64,000 nucleotides of DNA, taken from contig CAVYNR010000005.1 in NCBI GenBank assembly GCA_963769985.1, forward strand, positions 313,133-377,132, written 5' to 3'. The DNA is from an uncultured Actinomycetes bacterium (lineage in GTDB: Bacteria > Actinomycetota > Acidimicrobiia > Acidimicrobiales > JACCXE01). How positions within the stretch are numbered: position 1 is the stretch's first letter; the number at the start of each line of letters is the position of its first letter. The notes below the pieces were generated by a model. The model had not been told where the DNA came from. It searched no databases and worked only from the letters and a program-made list of their open reading frames with translations. Position numbers and translations under genes: made by a program. This document shows positions 29,044 through 36,718 of this stretch, piece after piece.

Positions 29044-29868
29044 TTGGACCTCATTGCGCTGACCGAGCTCGTGCTCGGTCCACTGATGCTGGCGCGCGTC
29101 CCCCACCTGCCTCCCGCGCCGGGAGGGATCGTGGTGCGCCCCGACGCTGCCGAACTCGACATGTTGGTCGTCGGTCCGGTTGGGGCAACGACCAGTCAAC
29201 GGCCCCAGCCGAGCATGAAGGAAGCGGCCGCGATCGTCGTGCGGATTGAGCCGACGGTCAGCTTGGCCTCGCCCGAAGCGTTGGACCGGATCGCCGCGGT
29301 GTTGGATCGGCATCCGATCATCGCCGTCTATCCGTGGCAGAAAACGGCGAAGCGCTACGAAGCCCTGAGCATGTTCTTCGTGCTGGCCTCGGCGATGACC
29401 ACCGGCGCTTTCACCGTGTTCGGTGCCCGGCTCAAGCCGGCGCGGGTGCCCACGGGGCTAGTCGCCATGCGCGCTGGCGCGTCCGGTCCCGGCAAGGTGT
29501 TCGGCGGCGGACACATCGTCGCCGAACGGCGCTACGCGAACGGCGTGCGCGAGTTGATCGAAGGATGGACGAAACGGTTTCGCAACACGCGTGCCGCTCA
29601 TCCCCTGGCGTTGCTGTGCACGATTGCGTTCTTCTACGGCGCGGCCGCGACAGCCATCCGCCTCATCGTGGATCCGAGTTGGCCGCACTTCTGGTGGTAC
29701 GCCGCCTACGTGTTCGCGATCAGCCTGTGCCTGCGCCAAGTCGGCAAGTTCGCGCGACTAGCGACTGCGATCTACCCGGCCACCCTCGCGTTCTTCTTCG
29801 TGATCGCCGCCCGCGCCTCGTTCGGACTCCGCCGTGATCGTGTTCGCGCCAGCCGCGCCGCGCGCTAG
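29044..29868 (+). CDS. Hypothetical membrane protein (weakly resembles the C-terminal part of a GT2-type glycosyltransferase)
   Basis: 274-aa ORF with a TTG start abutting the LLM stop and C-terminal hydrophobic helices. No catalytic motif was recognised. Confidence 0.4.
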   Translation: MDLIALTELVLGPLMLARVPHLPPAPGGIVVRPDAAELDMLVVGPVGATTSQRPQPSMKEAAAIVVRIEPTVSLASPEALDRIAAVLDRHPIIAVYPWQKTAKRYEALSMFFVLASAMTTGAFTVFGARLKPARVPTGLVAMRAGASGPGKVFGGGHIVAERRYANGVRELIEGWTKRFRNTRAAHPLALLCTIAFFYGAAATAIRLIVDPSWPHFWWYAAYVFAISLCLRQVGKFARLATAIYPATLAFFFVIAARASFGLRRDRVRASRAAR

Positions 29869-30343
29869 GCCGATCGCGAGAAAAGTGGCGCGTCGCCGCC
29901 GCTTCCAGCACTCCGACACCTTCGAGCGAATTCCGATTCTGCGGAGCCAGAGCGGATGCCAACCGGCCGCTGTCCGCTCGACGTTGCAGCGAATTCCGAT
30001 TCTGTTTCGGGAGGCCGAGTTCCTTGGGCGCCTCCGCGATCGTCCGACGCATTCGGAATTCGCTGGAACGTGGCAAGCGACCGCTTGTGTACAGGCCGCG
30101 CCGTAATCGATCGACGCGTTGGCGTCGCAGTTCCCACCTGAGAGCATCCGACACGGCCTTGTTCGGGTTGTCCGGTAGCTCGAAACCGTCGCCGCGAACG
30201 ACGGAGATGATCTCGGCGATCGCGAGCGCCCGCCCGGCGTCGCGCAACACAAGACAGACTTCGTAGCGAAGCATGACGCCCGCGAGCGGGCGGAGGTTCC
30301 AAAGCGTTCCCATCGTCGTGACTCTGCCGAAACGGTGTGACAC
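29720..30343 (-). CDS. Small hypothetical protein, possible winged-helix DNA-binding fold in the first ~100 aa; 3' boundary unreliable
   Basis: ...MLRYEVCLVLRDAGRALAIAEIISVVRGDGFELPDNPNKAVSDALRWELRRQRVDRLRRGLY... The distal half is Arg-rich, runs through the repeat element at 29925-30063 and overlaps the + gene, so it is probably not all coding. Confidence 0.35.
   Translation of the reverse strand: MSHRFGRVTTMGTLWNLRPLAGVMLRYEVCLVLRDAGRALAIAEIISVVRGDGFELPDNPNKAVSDALRWELRRQRVDRLRRGLYTSGRLPRSSEFRMRRTIAEAPKELGLPKQNRNSLQRRADSGRLASALAPQNRNSLEGVGVLEAAATRHFSRDRPSARRGWREHDHGGVRTRRGRRSRRRTRGWPGRSQSLVARTCRLGAGTG
29925..30063. repeat. Three copies of an EcoRI-site-containing motif: AGCGAATTCCGATTCTG direct at 29925-29941 and 29988-30004, inverted 11-12 nt copy at 30052-30063
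   Basis: Read from the sequence. Copies 2 and 3 can form a 12-bp stem enclosing a GGAGGC/GCCTCC inner hairpin. Confidence 0.7.
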
Positions 30344-30362
30344 GACAACGGTGTGACGACGC

Positions 30363-30911
30363 CTAGGTGCGGGGCATGAAGACCGCGTCGCGGTAGTACC
30401 GCAGCTCGTTCACGCTGTCGACGATGTCGCCGAGCGCGCGGTGGTTCCCGGTTTTGTTCGGCCGCTTGGCGTAGGCCTCCGGGTACCAGCGGTCGGCGAG
30501 TTCCTTAATGGTCGAAACGTCGACGCAGCGATAGTGCAGGTGCTCTTCGATCTCCGGCAGGTAGACGGAGAGGAACCGCCGATCGGTGCCGATGCTATTA
30601 CCGCACAGCGGCGCCGTACGTACCTCGGGCACGTGTTCCTTGACGAAGGCCAGGGTTTGGGCGCCGGCGTCGGCGAGCGTGATCGTCGACGCGCGGATGG
30701 CGTCGGTAAGGCCGCTCTTGGCGTGCATGTTCTTCACGATCTCGCTCATGGCCTCGAGCATGGGGTCCTCGACGTGGATCACGAGGTCAGGGCCCTCGGC
30801 GACGATGTTGAGGTCGGCGTCGGTCACCAGAGTAGCGATCTCGACGATCACATCCTTCGACGGATCGAGCCCCGTCATCTCCAAATCCATCCAGACGAGG
30901 GCTCCTTCCAT
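30363..30911 (-). CDS. orn: Oligoribonuclease
   Basis: [31 protein letters not shown]... is a DEDDh exonuclease ending ...[20 protein letters not shown]. Confidence 0.9.
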   Translation of the reverse strand: MEGALVWMDLEMTGLDPSKDVIVEIATLVTDADLNIVAEGPDLVIHVEDPMLEAMSEIVKNMHAKSGLTDAIRASTITLADAGAQTLAFVKEHVPEVRTAPLCGNSIGTDRRFLSVYLPEIEEHLHYRCVDVSTIKELADRWYPEAYAKRPNKTGNHRALGDIVDSVNELRYYRDAVFMPRT

Positions 30912-30933
30912 CACGCAAACGTATTCTCCACCT

Positions 30934-31365
30934 GTGACTGCCCCGAACGTTCCGGTCGTCGGACCGACATTGCCGGCATACGCGCATGCCGGTGACGCGG
31001 GCGCGGACCTGACCGCCGCGGAAGCGGTCACGCTGAAAGCCGGCGGTGGGCGGGCCCTGGTGGCGACCGATTTGCGACTCGCAATTCCCGAGGGCTTCGC
31101 CGGTTTTGTCCTTCCCCGCAGCGGCTTGGCGCTCAAGCACGGGGTGACGTGTCTCAACACGCCCGGCTTGATCGACAGTGGATACCGCGGCGAGGTCAGA
31201 GTGCTGCTGGTCAACACCGACCCGGCAACGGATTTCAAGGTCGAAGTCGGCGATCGGATCGCGCAGCTCGTGATTCAGCGCGTTGAACGAGCGACGTTCA
31301 CCTCGGTCGACGCGCTCGACGACCACCAGCGCGGCGAGGGCGGGTTCGGATCGACCGGTGCCTGA
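30934..31365 (+). CDS. dut: dUTP diphosphatase
   Basis: ...[10 protein letters not shown]..., [27 protein letters not shown], ...[10 protein letters not shown]. Confidence 0.9.
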   Translation: MTAPNVPVVGPTLPAYAHAGDAGADLTAAEAVTLKAGGGRALVATDLRLAIPEGFAGFVLPRSGLALKHGVTCLNTPGLIDSGYRGEVRVLLVNTDPATDFKVEVGDRIAQLVIQRVERATFTSVDALDDHQRGEGGFGSTGA

Positions 31366-32216
31366 GCTACCCGAGGTCGAAGCGCTCGGGCGGTTCCTCG
31401 ACGACAAACTCGCCGGCCACCAAATCGCCAAGGCGCGCGTCGCCCATATCGCCGCGCTGAAGACCTACGACCCACCGATCGACGCGCTGGTCGGGCGGAC
31501 TGTCGAACGGGTGACCCGACGCGGCAAGTACCTCCAGGTCGACACCGGCGGGATCTGGCTGGTCACCCATCTCGCCCGCGGCGGATGGATCAGGTGGCAC
31601 GACGTTGTGCCTACGACACCGATCAAGCCGACCAAGAGTCCCGCTCGCGTTCCGCGTCGCCCTCGACAACAAGTCCGGTTTCGACATGACCGAGATGGGC
31701 ACCGAGAAGCGGTTATCGGTCTGGGTCGTGCGCGACCCGAACGAGATCGAGTTCGTCGCCACGCTCGGCCCTGAAGTGTTCTCGCTCGACAAGTCAATGC
31801 TCGGCGGTCTTTTGAACAGCGCCGGGGGAATGCAACTCAAAGGCGCGCTGGTCGACCAACGACTCATCGCCGGCATCGGCAACGCCTATTGCGACGACAT
31901 CCTGCACGCCGCCGGTCTGTCGCCGTTCAAGAAGGCGAACAAGCTCACCGACGACGAACTCACGGCGCTGCACGACGCCATTACGAGCGTGCTCGGCGAC
32001 GCCGTCGAACGCAGCAAGGATCTGCCGGCGGCGGGCCTCAAGGCCGAGAAGCGCTCGGGCATGCGGGTGCACGCCCGCACCGGCGAGGCATGCCCCGTGT
32101 GCGGCGACATCGTCCGCGAGGTCAGCTTCGCCACGAAGTCGCTCCAGTACTGCGCCACGTGCCAGACCGGGGGAATGCCGCTCGCGGATCGCAGGATGTC
32201 ACGTTTGTTGAAGTAA
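31358..32216 (+). pseudogene. Fpg/Nei family DNA glycosylase, frameshift near 31640
   Basis: Starts (V)PELPEVE. Also H2TH LIAGIGNAYCDDILHAAGLSP and zinc finger CPVCG...CATCQ. The GTG overlaps the dut stop. Confidence 0.85.
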
Positions 32217-32232
32217 GTAGCCTGGGTCCTCT

Positions 32233-33682
32233 ATGCAACGACTCACGGGCGTTGACGCCACCTTCCTGTATCTCGAAACTCCCACCACACACATGCACGT
32301 CGCGAGTACGGCGGTGTTCGATCCCGCCGATGTGCCCGAGGGCTACTCGTTCGAAAACGTCAAGGAGATGGTGGCCAACCGGCTGCCGCTACTGCCGCCG
32401 TTTCGGCGTCGCCTCGTCGAGGTGCCGTTCTCTCTGCACCACCCGCTGTGGATCGAGGACCCCGACTTCGACATCGACTACCACGTGCGCCGCGCCGCGC
32501 TCCCGTCGCCCGGTGGGCAGAAGGAGCTGGCGGAATTCGCGGCCGAAGTGATGAGCCGACCGCTCGACCGCACGCGCCCGCTGTGGGAGATGTACGTCGT
32601 CGAGGGACTCGAGGACGGCTACATCGGCACGCGTCACCAAGACCCACCACGCGGCCATCGACGGCGTGTCGGGCGCCGAGCTCACCGCCAACCTGCTCGA
32701 CCTGTCGCCCGAGATCATGTGGCTCGACCCGCCGAGGACACCTGGCAGCCCGACCGCATTCCGTCGCGACGCCGAACTGGTCAGCTACGCGCTGCAAAGC
32801 CTCGCCCGTCAGCCGCTCGCCGCGGCAAGGCGGTGCGCCGCACCGCGGAGGCCGCGCGTCAACGTGCGTCGCCGCAACCGCGAGCCCGACGCGTCGCCGC
32901 CGCCCGCGCCCTTCAGCGCGCCGGAGACGTCGATCAACACGTCGATCTCGCCGCACCGCAAGTTCGCGTTCACGCAGATGAGCCTCGACGACGTGAAGCA
33001 TGTCAAGAACGCGCTCGGCGGCACCGTCAACGACATCGTGCTGGCCTTGTGTTCGGGCGCGCTGCGTCGCTTCTTCGACGACAAGGGCGAGCGGCCCGAC
33101 GGTGCGCTCGTCGGCATGGTTCCGATCTCGGTGCGCACCGAAGACGAGACAGGGCGCGATGGGCAACCGCGTGTCAGCTCGATGCTCGTCTCGCTCGCCA
33201 GCGACATCGACGACCCGCTCGAGCGGCTCGCCGCGATCCGCGACGGCCACCAAGAACGCCAAGGAGCAGGACAAGGCAATCGGCGCCGACACGCTCACGA
33301 ACTGGGCCGAGTTCGCCGCACCGGCGGTCGCCGCCCGCGCCGCCGCGTCTGTACTCGAACATGAAGATCGCCGACCGGCACCGTCCGCTGTTCAACGTCA
33401 CGATCTCCAACGTGCCCGGCCCGCCGTTCCCGCTGTACTCGGCCGGCGCCCGCATGGTGGCGATGTATCCGATGGGTCCGATCATGGACGGCGGCGCGCT
33501 CAACATGACCGTGATGAGCTACATGGACACGATGAACTTCGGTCTCGTCGCCTGCCGCGAGACCGTATCCGAACGTGGACGACATCGCCCGCCACCTCGA
33601 CGATGCCCTCGAAGAACTGCTCAAGCTGGCCAATGACGCACCGAAGCCGAAGCGGACTAAAGTCTCCAAGCCAATGCGGTAG
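32233..33682 (+). pseudogene. Wax ester synthase/diacylglycerol acyltransferase (WS/DGAT) family, at least five frame switches
   Basis: MQRLTGVDATFLYLETPTTHMHV..., active site HHAAIDGVSG, ...NVPGPPFPLYSAGARMVAMYPMGPIMDGGALNMTVMSY... The pieces are spread over three frames. Confidence 0.85.
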
Positions 33683-33751
33683 TAGCTCAGTTGGTAGAGC
33701 GCGACCTTGCCAAGGTCGAGGTCGCCGGTTCGAGCCCGGTCTACCGCTCCA
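33676..33751 (+). tRNA. tRNA-Gly (anticodon GCC), CCA encoded
   Basis: Cloverleaf folded by hand: acceptor GCGGTAG/CTACCGC, anticodon stem CGACC/GGTCG with loop TTGCCAA, T-loop TTCGAGC. Confidence 0.93.
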
Positions 33752-33754
33752 ATA

Positions 33755-33786
33755 CGAAGGCTCCGGCGTAACCGCCGGGGCCTTCG
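33755..33786. terminator. Stem-loop CGAAGGCTCCGGCG-TAAC-CGCCGGGGCCTTCG after tRNA-Gly; also abuts the stop of the convergent ACT gene
   Basis: 14-bp stem with one U:G pair. Confidence 0.7.
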
Positions 33787-34569
33787 CTATTTCCGGCGGA
33801 CTAAGGAACCGACGAAGTCGACGGCGCCACGCAGCACCGTCTCGCCGACGTCGCGAGCGTCGCGGAACATGTCGCCGACGGCACCCGCGAGGCTCCCGTC
33901 TTCGGCGGTGAGCTTGCGCTCGAGGGCGGCCACGTCCACGTCGCCGTCGACGACGAACACGTCGTTGGCTTCGTCTTCTCCGGCGATCCAGGCCGCCTCG
34001 ATGCCGACGCCGGCATCGGTGAGCCACCGACAGATGGTGGCCAGCAGCCCTTTCTGTCCCGGGGCGATGACGCTGATCATCGGACGGCCGTTGGCGTCGC
34101 CGCTACGCGACACATAGGCCCGTCCCGTGGGCGCGAAGGCGAGCGTCGGGCACGTGCCTTTGCCGGCGGCGCGCAACGCTTGGCCGATCTCGTCGAGGAC
34201 CTCATCGGAGGGCGGCGGCCCGATGACGGTTATGGCGTGCAGTGCGAGATCAAGCTCACTCCACGTCGCGGCTGACGCGCCGCGCACGTGGTAGTCGCGC
34301 GCCGTGAGAATCGCGGCGGTGTCGGCAAGCAGGCCGTTACGGTCGTGGGCCACGACCGTGAGGCGCCACGCGTCATCGCCCGACACGGCGCGGGCGCGCA
34401 CTTCGGCCCGCTTCAGCGGTGGATGGCTGAGCGCGAGATCCGCCGCGAGCTCAGCGGCGGTATCGCTGGAGAGCCACAACGGCGAAGCACCTTTGATCAA
34501 CGCCATCGCTACGTCCTGAGGAATGGTGGTGGCCCCCAGGCCACGCCGCATCTCCGCGATGGTCGCCAT
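33787..34569 (-). CDS. ACT-domain-containing protein (two ACT-like modules, resembles the C-terminus of GlnD-type proteins)
   Basis: ...WRLTVVAHDRNGLLADTAAILTA... and ...MISVIAPGQKGLLATICRWLTDAGVGIEAA... Confidence 0.6.
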   Translation of the reverse strand: MATIAEMRRGLGATTIPQDVAMALIKGASPLWLSSDTAAELAADLALSHPPLKRAEVRARAVSGDDAWRLTVVAHDRNGLLADTAAILTARDYHVRGASAATWSELDLALHAITVIGPPPSDEVLDEIGQALRAAGKGTCPTLAFAPTGRAYVSRSGDANGRPMISVIAPGQKGLLATICRWLTDAGVGIEAAWIAGEDEANDVFVVDGDVDVAALERKLTAEDGSLAGAVGDMFRDARDVGETVLRGAVDFVGSLVRRK

Positions 34570-35450
34570 CAGACGTCTCCTTCCAATACGCGTCCAAGCC
34601 CGACCACGTTCGACATCACCTCGTCGAACGCGTCGGGATCAGCCAGCAGCCACGAGTGGTTGCCCGGAAGCACTTGGCCCTCGATACCGAGGGCGCCGCA
34701 CAACGCGTCGAACGCTGACATCGGGATGACCCCGTCGCTGTCGCCGGAGACAACCACGACCGGGAGCTGCTGTTCCCGTAGCTGGGCCAACTCCTCCCGC
34801 AAGTCGGCCTGACTTGCGAGCATTCCGGCGGTCCACATCGCGCGCGGATTGCGCAGCAGGTTCGGGACGAAGTCCTCACGCATCGTCAGGAGCAGGCGCG
34901 CGCCCTTCACCGGCGGCCACGCTTCCTTGGCGAATTCGAGCGCCCACTGCAGCAGCACGCGGTCGCCGAGGTGCTTGTCGCCGCCACCCCACACGGCGCC
35001 GCCGACCGAGTTGACCAAGACGAGTTGACTGGCACGGTTCCGATAGTCGTGCGCCAGAGTTATCGCTACGCCGCCTCCGAATGAATGGCCGATGACAACT
35101 GCGGGCTCGTCGACACCGACCGCTTCCATGAAGTCGTTAACCCAGCGACCGTAGGCGTGGATGCCCGACGAGCTCGGTAGGTCGGCGGTCCCGCCGAAGC
35201 CGGGCAACGCTGGTGCGAGCACGCGGCAGCCCCGCAACGCAAGGCGGGCGAGCGCGCGTTTGTACGCGTGATGACCGAGGCCCCAGCCGTGGAGGAAGAT
35301 CACGGGTGGGCCGTCGCCCGCCTCGCCGTAGACGGCGGGGCGGCCCTGCACGAGGGTGCGCGACCAGCGCAAATGCCCCGGAGGCAGCGCGGGGGCGGTG
35401 CGCGCGCGGAACGGACACGCAATCGTTGGCAGCCCCATCACGCGACGCAA
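34569..35450 (-). CDS. Alpha/beta hydrolase
   Basis: VIFLHGWG and the nucleophile elbow VVIGHSFGG. Its stop overlaps the start of the downstream gene (TGATG). Confidence 0.85.
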   Translation of the reverse strand: MRRVMGLPTIACPFRARTAPALPPGHLRWSRTLVQGRPAVYGEAGDGPPVIFLHGWGLGHHAYKRALARLALRGCRVLAPALPGFGGTADLPSSSGIHAYGRWVNDFMEAVGVDEPAVVIGHSFGGGVAITLAHDYRNRASQLVLVNSVGGAVWGGGDKHLGDRVLLQWALEFAKEAWPPVKGARLLLTMREDFVPNLLRNPRAMWTAGMLASQADLREELAQLREQQLPVVVVSGDSDGVIPMSAFDALCGALGIEGQVLPGNHSWLLADPDAFDEVMSNVVGLGRVLEGDV

Positions 35451-35480
35451 GGTATCGCTCCCTTAACTTGCCCCTCGATT

Positions 35481-35499
35481 TCAGGTGTGCCTAACATTC
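35481..35499. promoter_or_regulatory. IdeR/DtxR-type iron box candidate TCAGGTGTGCCTAACATTC
   Basis: About 12-13 of 19 positions match TTAGGTTAGGCTAACCTAA. It lies 8 bp upstream of the efeU GTG. Confidence 0.35.
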
Positions 35500-35506
35500 T
35501 TCGTCA

Positions 35507-36373
35507 GTGCTTCCTACCTTTGTTATCGGCCTGCGCGAAGGCGTCGAAGCGTCTCTGATCGTCGGGATCATCGCCGCCTTCCTGCGCCAGCGCGGCGACC
35601 TCCGCCAGCTCCGATTCGTCTGGTACGGCGTCGGCCTGGCCGTCGCGTTGTGCCTGGCAGTGGGGATCACGCTCGAGGTCGTGAACCAGAACCTGCCGCA
35701 ACGCCAGCAAGAGATGCTCGAAACCGTCATCGGTACGATCGCCGTCGGCTTTGTCACCTCGATGATCGTGTGGATGTCGCGCCACGCCCGGCAACTCAAA
35801 GGCCACCTCGAAGAGCGCGCCGGTGCGGCGCTGGCTGCGGGCTCCGGCGGCGCACTCGTGGTCATGGCGTTCCTGGCAGTGCTGCGCGAAGGCTTTGAGA
35901 CCGCGGTGTTCTTCCTGTCCGCGTTGCAGTCGTCGACCAACCGCAGCGCCTCGGCCACCGGCGCCGTGCTCGGCATCGTGCTCGCGGTCGTGATCGGTTA
36001 CGGCATCTACAAAGGCGGCGTGCGCCTGGACATGGCTCGCTTTTTCAAGGTCACGGGCCTTGTACTCGTACTCGTGGCCGCAGGGCTCGTCGCGTTCGCG
36101 CTGCAAAAGGCCCACGCGTCGGGCTGGATCAACTTCGGCCAGTCACAGGCGCTGGATCTGTCGTGGTTGATCAAGCCCGGCACCATTCCGGCGGCGCTGT
36201 TCACCGGGATGCTCGGTCTGCAACCCAAGCCGACCACGCTCGAAATTACCGGTTGGCTCATCTATTTCGTTCCTATGTCCGTGTACGTCCTAACTGGAGG
36301 GTTTCATGTCCCGTCGTCTTTGGTGTCTCGCGCTCGTCGCTCCACTGTTCCTGCTGGGGGCGTGCGGCGATGA
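35507..36373 (+). CDS. efeU: FTR1/EfeU-family high-affinity iron permease
   Basis: Two REGxE motifs (GLREGVEASL, VLREGFETAV) and multiple TM helices. The 3' 68 nt overlap the next gene as sequenced. Confidence 0.85.
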   Translation: MLPTFVIGLREGVEASLIVGIIAAFLRQRGDLRQLRFVWYGVGLAVALCLAVGITLEVVNQNLPQRQQEMLETVIGTIAVGFVTSMIVWMSRHARQLKGHLEERAGAALAAGSGGALVVMAFLAVLREGFETAVFFLSALQSSTNRSASATGAVLGIVLAVVIGYGIYKGGVRLDMARFFKVTGLVLVLVAAGLVAFALQKAHASGWINFGQSQALDLSWLIKPGTIPAALFTGMLGLQPKPTTLEITGWLIYFVPMSVYVLTGGFHVPSSLVSRARRSTVPAGGVRR

Positions 36374-36689
36374 CGACTCCGACGACGGCGACGCGTCCGG
36401 CGCGACCGACGCCACGCACATCCCCGTGACAATTTCCGACGAGGGTTGCGACCCCGCGGAAATCACGACGCCCGCGGGCAAGACCGCGTTCGACGTCACC
36501 AACGACGGCTCGTCGAGCGTCATCGAGTTCTACGTCTACGACGGCGACAAGGTGGAGGGCGAAGTCGAAAACGTGCTGCCCGGATCACCGAAGACGCTCA
36601 CGCTCACGCTCGAAGAGGGCACGTACAAGATCAAGTGTCCGAACGGCACCAAGACCGAGAGCGGCACGCTCACGGTCACCGCGTCCTAG
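36306..36689 (+). CDS. Lipoprotein with a cupredoxin-like domain (EfeO N-terminal / Cupredoxin_1 type)
   Basis: Lipobox LLGAC. ...GCDPAEITTPAGKTAFDVTNDGSSSVIEFYV...PGSPKTLTLTLEEGTYKIKCPNG. GGAGGG RBS upstream. Confidence 0.7.
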   Translation: MSRRLWCLALVAPLFLLGACGDDDSDDGDASGATDATHIPVTISDEGCDPAEITTPAGKTAFDVTNDGSSSVIEFYVYDGDKVEGEVENVLPGSPKTLTLTLEEGTYKIKCPNGTKTESGTLTVTAS

Positions 36690-36718
36690 CTCACCTCACC
36701 CCACCATCCGGAGGCACC

